DNA of 64,000 nt from Phormidesmis sp. (GTDB lineage: Bacteria; Cyanobacteriota; Cyanobacteriia; Leptolyngbyales; Leptolyngbyaceae). A program made the position numbers and the translations under genes. The first letter of the stretch is position 1. Every line of letters begins with the position of its first letter. Positions 33,674 to 40,946 of this stretch are shown piece by piece. The notes beneath the pieces were generated by a model that had not been told where the DNA came from, searched no databases, and worked only from the letters and a program-made list of their open reading frames with translations. Location of the stretch: NCBI GenBank assembly GCA_965248535.1, contig CBDFJR010000005.1, positions 2,144,001 through 2,208,000 on the forward strand. The letters run 5' to 3'.

Positions 33674-35470
33674 TTGATGAATTATGTCGCTCTGCCTCAA
33701 GTTTCTATTGTTACCAATCATCCTAGTACGTCTCTTCAAATTAGTAGCGATCGTCAATTTGCAGCCTCTCCAGATTCGTCAGTGCGGTTCGATCGGCGTT
33801 CTTATTTAATATCCGCTAGCAATCTCAAAACTTACACGCCGAAAAAATCAGATGCTCTAAAAACCATTCCCGGCTCCAGTCCAGGCAGTCATATTTTTGT
33901 GCTGACTCAGGGCAAAGGCACGGCTCTGATCAAAGACTTCAGCCTCAAAAACAAAGACCAAATCGGGCTGACAGGAAAGCTGACCTTTGAGCAACTAGCG
34001 ATCGCCGCAGGCACCCGCGCAACCGCCAACGATACGGTGATTCGAGTGGTCAACACGGGCGAAATTTTAGCCATTGTCAAAGGAGTTAAATCCAGCACGA
34101 TCGACGACACCACGTTTGTTAAATTAGACGACCACGATCGCATCCTTGCAACGGGCATCAGCCAGCTATTAGGACGAGCCATTCTCCCGGCGACGACGTT
34201 TGCACGGGGGCCGATTTCTGGACAGTTCTTGACCCTCAACAGTGATGGCACGATCGGAACCCTCAACGTCCACGGGCAGCCTGTCCCTTTTAAGGCGCAG
34301 CCTGTGCAAGGCTTTTCTGCCGTCTTGCCTGGTGCAAAACCCGGAACTTATCAGGTGCTGGTTGACAATGGCTATGGCGCAAAATCAACCTCTGCTGACT
34401 CGCTGCTGCGATTTTATGCGGTCGAGCCAGACTTTAAGACAGGCAAGGTCTATCCGGTGAGCGTCAAAACGGGCGATCGCTTAAACAGTTTTACGAGAGA
34501 TTGTCTGTTTCAACTCAACGACCAAAACAAACTGCTCAAAGGGTTTCAGACAATCGTCGCTGATCTCAACACCTATCCCGGTAGTGAAAAGCTCAAGCCT
34601 GGCGGCACTCCGGTCGATGCGGCGATCAAAGCGGGTCGGCTGCTCACAGGCGCAGATTTTGACTTAGAATCGTTTCGGCGATCGCCCGATGGCACCTACT
34701 GGTTTGGCGAAGAATTCGGCCCGTTCTTGCTGCACACCAATGCCATCGGTACGCTGCTTGAAGCTCCAATTCCCACACCAGCCCCCGATTTTGCTCATCA
34801 GCCGTTTGTACGATCGCCCGACCATCCCGCTTTTGCCCAACTCTCAGACCCAGACAGAATCAAATCGGCTAACCTGGGCAGATCAAATGGATTTGAAGGA
34901 CTGGCACTCAACGCCACGGGCGATAAGCTCTATGCCATGCTAGAAGGCGCTCTCGTCAGTGATTCTAATCAAAACCGACTGCTGATCAGTGAATTTGATC
35001 TCAAAACTAAAAAATACACTAGAAAAACATTCTCTTATCGTTTAAACACACCCGGACGATCAATCGGAGATCTGACTGCGATTAACAATCATGAATTCAT
35101 TGTGATTGAAAGAGATAATGGACAAGGGAACGCCAATGATCCGGCATTTCCTAATCCTGCCCGGTCTAAAAAGCTCTACAAAATTGATTTGCGGGTGCTC
35201 GATCGCGATGGCTTTGTCGAAAAAGTGCTGTTAGCAGATTTGCTGAATATCTCTGACCCACAGACGATTGGCGGCAGCGCGACCAAAAATGGCGTGTTTA
35301 CCTTCCCGTTTGTGACGATCGAAGACGTGCTGCCGATCGATGCTCAAACGTTGCTAGTGATTAATGACAACAATTACCCCTACAGCATCGGCCGGACTCC
35401 CGGACAAATCGACAACACTGAGTTCATTAAACTCAGATTAAGCAAGCCCCTTGATTTAACCGTGCGCTAG
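33674..35470 (+). CDS. Esterase-like activity of phytase family protein
   Basis: PVQGFSA, VDNGYG, DFDLESF, EEFGP, SNGFEGL, IERD and NDNNYP motifs. Confidence 0.85.
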   Translation: MMNYVALPQVSIVTNHPSTSLQISSDRQFAASPDSSVRFDRRSYLISASNLKTYTPKKSDALKTIPGSSPGSHIFVLTQGKGTALIKDFSLKNKDQIGLTGKLTFEQLAIAAGTRATANDTVIRVVNTGEILAIVKGVKSSTIDDTTFVKLDDHDRILATGISQLLGRAILPATTFARGPISGQFLTLNSDGTIGTLNVHGQPVPFKAQPVQGFSAVLPGAKPGTYQVLVDNGYGAKSTSADSLLRFYAVEPDFKTGKVYPVSVKTGDRLNSFTRDCLFQLNDQNKLLKGFQTIVADLNTYPGSEKLKPGGTPVDAAIKAGRLLTGADFDLESFRRSPDGTYWFGEEFGPFLLHTNAIGTLLEAPIPTPAPDFAHQPFVRSPDHPAFAQLSDPDRIKSANLGRSNGFEGLALNATGDKLYAMLEGALVSDSNQNRLLISEFDLKTKKYTRKTFSYRLNTPGRSIGDLTAINNHEFIVIERDNGQGNANDPAFPNPARSKKLYKIDLRVLDRDGFVEKVLLADLLNISDPQTIGGSATKNGVFTFPFVTIEDVLPIDAQTLLVINDNNYPYSIGRTPGQIDNTEFIKLRLSKPLDLTVR

Positions 35471-35589
35471 CTCGCCAGACTTTTAGATCGGGAATTGAAG
35501 AGATCGCCATTCATCAAACCAGAATCGATCTTGAGGCATCGCCGTGCCTATTGCTCGTGCCAGTGACCGATCGGGTTTAAGGTACAATC

Positions 35590-35979
35590 CTAAAGGCCTT
35601 CGACCTGATTGCGATAATCAGTCGCCGTCATCGCATCATCTAAATCGTCAAAATGGTTCACTCGAACTTTGAGCAGCCAGCCTTCGATATAGGGATCGTC
35701 GGCAAGCTTTTCTGGTGCGTCTACCATCGCGGTGTTGCTCTCAATGACAGTGCCCGTCACAGGAGACTTCAAATCTTCGACCGCCTTGACTGACTCAACC
35801 GTGCCAAAGCTTTCGCCTTTTTCGATCGCAGCGCCCACGTCAGGCAACTCTAGAAACACAATGTCACCGAGTTGATCGATCGCAAAGGCGCTAATGCCCA
35901 CGGTGGCAATTTCGCCTTCGAGCCGCACATATTCGTGAGTGTCGAGATATTTCAGATCTTCGGGATATTCCATCGCCAT
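35590..35979 (-). CDS. gcvH: Glycine cleavage system H protein
   Basis: [15 protein letters not shown] and lipoyl-lysine motif ESVKA. Confidence 0.96.
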   Translation of the reverse strand: MAMEYPEDLKYLDTHEYVRLEGEIATVGISAFAIDQLGDIVFLELPDVGAAIEKGESFGTVESVKAVEDLKSPVTGTVIESNTAMVDAPEKLADDPYIEGWLLKVRVNHFDDLDDAMTATDYRNQVEGL

Positions 35980-36044
35980 TGGGGGTGCTCGATCGCTAAA
36001 TTCATCCTGCCTCAAAATCTTACCCTTGCCCGCAGATTTTTGGG

Positions 36045-36587
36045 CTAATCAAACTCAGGTGCCCACAAATCTACCACAGGCACTTCCCAGCCCGGCAGCA
36101 CATCGGGAAGGGTTAGCATATCTCCGTCGCGTAGCGTTACGATCGCTTGCCCCAATCGGTGTACCTCGACCGTATGATCATCAGGGTTGATCAAGATTCC
36201 CACTCTTGTTCCCAGCGATAAGAACTCTTGAATCTTGGTTCTGATTGCTTCTAGAGAATCAGTTGGAGACTTCACCTCTACAGTCAGGTCGGGGGCAAGT
36301 TGGGCAAAAGACTTCGGGCTACGGCGCAATCGTTCTGCCAGCACAAAGGACGCATCTGGGGCCCGTAGATCTGAGTTTGGCAGCCGAAATCCGGCACTAG
36401 AAGCCGCGATCCGTCCTAGCTTTCGAGGTCTTACCCAGTTTCCCAGCACTCGGATCACTTCGGCGGCCACTTCGTCTGACTCATAGCCCGATGGACTCAT
36501 AACGACAATTTCTCCCCTAATTAGCTCCATCCGCCAATCGGGATGATCTGCCTGCAAGGTGCTCAAATCCTCAACCGTAAGACCCAT
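36045..36587 (-). CDS. Uma2-family endonuclease
   Basis: MELIRG, APDASF and [10 protein letters not shown] motifs. Confidence 0.9.
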   Translation of the reverse strand: MGLTVEDLSTLQADHPDWRMELIRGEIVVMSPSGYESDEVAAEVIRVLGNWVRPRKLGRIAASSAGFRLPNSDLRAPDASFVLAERLRRSPKSFAQLAPDLTVEVKSPTDSLEAIRTKIQEFLSLGTRVGILINPDDHTVEVHRLGQAIVTLRDGDMLTLPDVLPGWEVPVVDLWAPEFD

Positions 36588-36602
36588 ATGACCTCCTGGA
36601 AG

Positions 36603-37730
36603 TTAGACTTTTTTAGCGCGATAAAACGGTCGCTTGACCACGATCGCTGGATAGGGTTTGCCCCGAATCTCCACGTCGAGCGATTGCCCCACCTGAGCCA
36701 GCGCGATCGGAACGTAGGCTAGGGCGATCGCGCTGCCCACCGTTGGGGCCAACGTGCCGCTTGTGACCCTGCCGACGGCTTGACCCTCGTGCAGCACCGG
36801 GTAGTCATGACGGGCAATGTTGCGACCCTGCATTTGCAGCCCGACCAGTCGTCGAGTCACCCCCAATTTTTTTTGCTGTTCAAGGGCTGACCGCCCGATA
36901 AAATCGCCCTTGGTATCGAGGTGCACAATCCAGCCCAGCCCAGCTTCTAGGGGCGAGGTGGTGTCGTCGATGTCTTGCCCATAAAGGGCCATTGCAGCTT
37001 CTAGTCGCAGGGTGTCGCGGGCCCCCAACCCACAAGGAGTCACACCGGAGGCGAGGAGCGATCGCCAAAGCCCGATCGCAACTTCGGGGTCAAGCATCAC
37101 CTCAAACCCATCTTCCCCGGTGTAGCCTGTGCGGGCCAGAAACGCGGGTTGACCCAAAACCTTCGCCTCTAGATGTCCGAAGGCTTTGATCGGCGTAAGG
37201 TCAGCCTCTACTAACGCTTGCAGATGACGCACGGCATCCGGCCCCTGCACTGCAATCAACGCTTTTGAGAGTGACTGATCTTCAAAGCTGATCTGAGGGC
37301 GATCGAGATGTTCGAGCATCCAGGTTTTATCTTTGAGCGTCGTGGCGGCGTTGACAATGATCATCCAGCGCTGATCCCCGTCAGCATCCAACCCTTGGTT
37401 ATAGAAAATTAGATCATCAATGATGCCGCCCTGCGGATTGAGCAAAACCGTGTATTGAGCCTGTCCAGACTGCAAACGGCTGAGATCAGACGGCACTAAA
37501 GATTGAATCTGACCCAAAACATCCCTGCCCTTGAGCGCAAACTTGCCCATGTGAGAGATGTCAAACATCCCCGCCGCCGTGCGAACTGCTTGATGTTCTT
37601 GCCCAATGCCGCTGAACTGAACGGGCATCTCCCAGCCTGAGAAGCCTGTCATGCGGGCCTTGAGTTCGATTGCAAGGGCAAAGAGAGCCGTGCGAGCTAA
37701 GAGATCTGGGGTGTCGGTTGGGTCAGTCAC
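36603..37730 (-). CDS. gcvT: Glycine cleavage system T protein
   Basis: [24 protein letters not shown] and [12 protein letters not shown] motifs. Confidence 0.97.
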   Translation of the reverse strand: MTDPTDTPDLLARTALFALAIELKARMTGFSGWEMPVQFSGIGQEHQAVRTAAGMFDISHMGKFALKGRDVLGQIQSLVPSDLSRLQSGQAQYTVLLNPQGGIIDDLIFYNQGLDADGDQRWMIIVNAATTLKDKTWMLEHLDRPQISFEDQSLSKALIAVQGPDAVRHLQALVEADLTPIKAFGHLEAKVLGQPAFLARTGYTGEDGFEVMLDPEVAIGLWRSLLASGVTPCGLGARDTLRLEAAMALYGQDIDDTTSPLEAGLGWIVHLDTKGDFIGRSALEQQKKLGVTRRLVGLQMQGRNIARHDYPVLHEGQAVGRVTSGTLAPTVGSAIALAYVPIALAQVGQSLDVEIRGKPYPAIVVKRPFYRAKKV

Positions 37731-37909
37731 GCGGCGATCGTCCTCTCTCTATTTTTCATTCTTAAGGTAGCAGGGAAAAAGAACTGATCCCTGACTCTGC
37801 CTCAATTGTGATCCCCCTTGACAATCTTCTTCTATTTACCCCTTGTCAACGGCACCATACAGACAGACACTATTGATGGGAGTTGAAGTGGCAGCAACGA
37901 GGTCTCTTT

Positions 37910-39208
37910 GTGAAAAAAGTATTAGCAATCATTTTAGGCGGGGGAGCCGGAACTCGCCTCTACCCGTTAACCAAGCAGCGCGCAAAGCCTGCGGTTCCTC
38001 TCGCTGGCAAATATCGTCTGATTGATATCCCGGTTAGTAACTGTATTAATTCAGAAATCTTTAAAATTTACGTTCTGACTCAATTTAACTCTGCTTCTCT
38101 CAACCGACATCTCACAAGAGCCTATAACTTTTCATCTGGGTTTAACGACGGCTTTGTTGAAGTTTTAGCCGCCCAACAAACTCCCGAAAACCCCAACTGG
38201 TTTCAGGGCACTGCTGACGCGGTGCGGCAATATCTCTGGCTGCTGCAAGAATGGGATGTTGATGAATACATCATTCTCTCTGGCGATCACTTATATCGGA
38301 TGGATTATCGCCAGTTTGTGCAGCGTCACCGCGAGACCGGGGCTGATATCACTCTGTCAGTGGTGCCGATGGATGAGCGCCGGGCCTCTGATTTTGGCTT
38401 GATGAAAATCGACCAAGCAGGGCGAGTGATCGACTTCAGCGAAAAGCCCAAAGGCGATGCGCTCAAAGATATGCAGGTCGATACGACCGTTTTAGGGCTG
38501 ACGGCTGATCAGGCGAAAGAAAACCCCTACATTGCCTCTATGGGCATTTATGTTTTTAAGAAAGAGGCCTTGGTCAAACTGCTGCGGCAAGCGCCCGATC
38601 AGACCGATTTTGGTAAAGAAATTATTCCAGCTTCGGCCCTGACCCACAACGTTCAGGCTTTTTTGTTTAACGATTATTGGGCCGATATTGGAACGATCGA
38701 GGCCTTTTATGAGGCTAACTTGGCGCTGACTCAACAGCCCAACCCTCCCTTCAGCTTTTATGATGACAAAGCTCCGATCTATACTCGTCACCGTTTTCTG
38801 CCCCCCAGCAAATATTTTGACTGCAAAATCACCGAGTCGTTAATCGGCGAGGGCTGCATTCTCAAAGACTGCCGCATTAGCCATTCGGTTTTGGGCGTGC
38901 GATCGCGCATTGAGGGCGGAGCCACGATCGAAGACACGTTGATCATGGGGGCTGACTTCTATGAAGACTATGCCGAACGGCAATCAGAACTCGACTGTGA
39001 CAATGCTCAAGTTCCCTTGGGCATTGGCAAAGACTCGGTGATTCGACGGGCGATCATCGACAAAAACGCCCGCATTGGCTGCAACGTTCACATTGTCAAC
39101 AAAGATCGGGTCGAAGAAGCCAATCGAGAGAATCAAGGGTTCTACATTCGCAGTGGCATCGTCGTGGTGTTGAAAAATGCGACGATTCCCGATGGAATGG
39201 TGATTTAG
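37910..39208 (+). CDS. glgC: Glucose-1-phosphate adenylyltransferase (GTG start)
   Basis: [34 protein letters not shown] and SMGIY motifs. Confidence 0.97.
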   Translation: MKKVLAIILGGGAGTRLYPLTKQRAKPAVPLAGKYRLIDIPVSNCINSEIFKIYVLTQFNSASLNRHLTRAYNFSSGFNDGFVEVLAAQQTPENPNWFQGTADAVRQYLWLLQEWDVDEYIILSGDHLYRMDYRQFVQRHRETGADITLSVVPMDERRASDFGLMKIDQAGRVIDFSEKPKGDALKDMQVDTTVLGLTADQAKENPYIASMGIYVFKKEALVKLLRQAPDQTDFGKEIIPASALTHNVQAFLFNDYWADIGTIEAFYEANLALTQQPNPPFSFYDDKAPIYTRHRFLPPSKYFDCKITESLIGEGCILKDCRISHSVLGVRSRIEGGATIEDTLIMGADFYEDYAERQSELDCDNAQVPLGIGKDSVIRRAIIDKNARIGCNVHIVNKDRVEEANRENQGFYIRSGIVVVLKNATIPDGMVI

Positions 39209-39224
39209 AAACGATGACGGCTAT

Positions 39225-39272
39225 AAAAAATGAGAGATGAAGCAGATAGGTTGGTTTCACCTCCCATTTTTT
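39225..39272. terminator. Probable bidirectional terminator between glgC and aroF
   Basis: Imperfect hairpin aaaaaatgagagatgaagc...gtttcacctcccattttttt with A and T tails. Confidence 0.55.
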
Positions 39273-40128
39273 TAAGCGATCGCTAACTGGGGGCTTTGAG
39301 CCTCATAGACCTGACGACCGATCGCTTCGGCAACGGGCTTGAGACTGCGGACTAGACTCACCATGTCGTTGAGAGCTAACGCTTGACGGGCATCAGAAAC
39401 AGACTTTTCTGGCTCTGGGTGACACTCAATGATCAGACCGTCGGCACCACACGCGATCGCGCCACGAGATAGATCCGCGATCAGTTCTCGCTTTCCGGCG
39501 GCATGGCTGGGATCGACCATCACAGGTAAATGAGTGATTTGTTTGAGGGCGACGACGGCTCCTAAATCCAGCACGTTGCGAGTGTAGGGGTCAAAGCTGC
39601 GAATGCCTCGCTCGCACAGCACAACATTGGGGTTGCCGTGACTGACGATATATTCGGCGGCCATCACAAACTCCTCGATCGTCGCCGCCAACCCTCGCTT
39701 GAGCAAAATCGGCTTGTTGGCTTGTCCAACGGCTTTGAGCAGATCGAAGTTTTGCATATTGCGGCTGCCGATTTGCAGCATATCGGCATAGGCAGCGATT
39801 TCCTCGATCTGTGAAATGGCCATCACTTCAGTCACGACAGGCATCCCCGTAGCTGGTTGCGAACCTCTGCCAAGATTTCTAGCCCCTCGATGCCCATGCC
39901 CTGAAACGCATAGGGCGACGTGCGCGGCTTATAAACGCCACCTCGCAACGCTTGCACGGGCGCAAACTGAAGGTGACGGGCGACGGTTTCCATTTGCGTC
40001 AGGCTTTCGACGGTGCAGGGGCCGCCGATGACGACGATTTTTTGACCCCCGATCGCCACTCGCTCAGAGAGTTTAACGATCGTGTTCTGATTTGATTGAG
40101 ATTTAGCGACCAATTTTGCATCTTTCAT
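39272..40128 (-). CDS. aroF: DAHP synthase type I-beta, catalytic domain only; frameshift near 39845-39855 (error or pseudogene)
   Basis: ORF 40128-39832 (GGPCTVES, RGGVYKPRTSPYAFQG) plus ORF 39844-39272 (QIGSRNMQN, LKRG, CERG, DPSH, IECHP); AGGAG RBS at 40137-40141. Confidence 0.9.
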
Positions 40129-40148
40129 GACCTAGACTCCTAAATAAT

Positions 40149-40178
40149 AAAAAAGCCCGAAACCTTTGGGTTCCGGGC
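40149..40178 (-). terminator. Attenuator 2 intrinsic terminator
   Basis: RNA GCCCGGAACC-CAAA-GGUUUCGGGC-UUUUUU, immediately upstream of the aroF RBS. Confidence 0.9.
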
Positions 40179-40202
40179 CTGACGAACATTTGCACGACAG
40201 CT

Positions 40203-40265
40203 TCACCCAGAACTGGTTGGGATAAAAAAATAAAATCTAAATCGCCAGGAATTCAGGTGGAGCAT
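40203..40265 (-). CDS. Leader peptide 2, MLHLNSWRFRFYFFIPTSSG (Trp/Phe/Tyr-rich)
   Basis: 20-codon ORF with 6 aromatic codons in a run of 8; its 3' end is complementary to the left arm of the terminator. Confidence 0.8.
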   Translation of the reverse strand: MLHLNSWRFRFYFFIPTSSG

Positions 40266-40304
40266 CAGAGAAAAAACCGAATCAGGACATTTAATCAGGA
40301 CATT

Positions 40305-40332
40305 AAAAAACCGCAGAGGTTAGTCTGCGGTT
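40305..40332 (-). terminator. Attenuator 1 intrinsic terminator
   Basis: RNA AACCGCAGA-CUAACC-UCUGCGGUU-UUUU. Confidence 0.9.
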
Positions 40333-40359
40333 CACTGGGGCGCTCACAACGAACGACAT

Positions 40360-40413
40360 TCACCCCAAGTGAACCGCCTCGCGCCAAAAAAAGAAAAACG
40401 TGTTGTGAGACAT
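40360..40413 (-). CDS. Leader peptide 1, MSHNTFFFFWREAVHLG (Phe4-Trp)
   Basis: 17-codon ORF containing UUU UUC UUU UUU UGG; its 3' part pairs over about 16 bp with the terminator-proximal segment. Confidence 0.85.
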   Translation of the reverse strand: MSHNTFFFFWREAVHLG

Positions 40414-40445
40414 AAAAGGGTGCCGCTCGAAAACTGATTACTCTG

Positions 40446-40474
40446 AACTTAACAGAGGAACTCGATCGCGTCAA
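40446..40474 (-). promoter_or_regulatory. Sigma70-type promoter of the leader-aroF transcript
   Basis: TTGACG (40474-40469), 17-nt spacer, TAAGTT (40451-40446) preceded by TGn. Confidence 0.65.
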
Positions 40475-40525
40475 GTACCTTAGATGAGGTTTGAAAAGTA
40501 TCGAAAGTTTCTTCGCTTCGTTGCC

Positions 40526-40583
40526 GTCCCGCCCGTGACTGCAAGTCCGGGCTAACGGGGCGAAACCCGTTTCAACGGGTTGA
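40526..40583. repeat. Cluster of short palindromes, REP/MITE-like remnant
   Basis: gcccg..cgggc and aacccgtt-tc-aacgggtt hairpins next to the truncation point of a vapC fragment. Confidence 0.45.
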
Positions 40584-40585
40584 AT

Positions 40586-40669
40586 TCAACTGCTACTAGG
40601 GATGACGCTGGGATTCGGTTGTTTCGCTGCGCCTTCTGAAAGGATACGGGTGTCGAGCAGATATATCAT
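40586..40669 (-). pseudogene. Truncated VapC/PIN toxin, N-terminal ~23 codons
   Basis: MIYLLDTRILSEGAAKQPNPSVIP matches the PIN start pattern YLLDTxxLSE..K..PNP.V; ATGA overlap with the upstream gene. Confidence 0.75.
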
Positions 40670-40902
40670 AGATTGACGCGATCGGGAATGGGACTTTGAT
40701 CGCGGGTGAGGTCGAGTTCACCACTGGCAAGCGCTTCAGCGAGGGGAGAATCTTGTAGGAATTCGACAAGACTTTGGTGAGTAGGTTGGGGAGTTGAGGC
40801 TGGATTGGAGGCGGAGAGACTTTCGCTGAGGAGTTGAATGAGCCGCTGTTTTTCTGCGGGTTCAAGACCAAGGAGTTGTTGTTCTAATTCTTGGGTGAGC
40901 AT
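40666..40902 (-). CDS. Putative VapB-like antitoxin
   Basis: 78 aa with a SLVEFLQDSPL...ELDLTRDQSP tail, coupled to the PIN fragment. Confidence 0.7.
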   Translation of the reverse strand: MLTQELEQQLLGLEPAEKQRLIQLLSESLSASNPASTPQPTHQSLVEFLQDSPLAEALASGELDLTRDQSPIPDRVNL

Positions 40903-40946
40903 GGGCGACGGGAATACATATTCACTTTCAGTTTATCGCTTCTGCT

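Noticed and set aside
36045..36587. Uma2 gene between gcvT and gcvH as a novel system
   Set aside because: Uma2 genes are abundant and scattered in cyanobacteria, and there is no evidence of a functional link.
39832..39860. Programmed ribosomal frameshift in aroF
   Set aside because: No slippery heptamer or obvious stimulatory structure at the junction; a sequencing error or mutation is simpler.
40140..40440. T-box or metabolite riboswitch as the explanation for the aroF leader
   Set aside because: No T-box consensus (UGGnACC bulge, stem I) or known aptamer was recognised, and the two aromatic-rich uORFs with alternative pairings explain the region.
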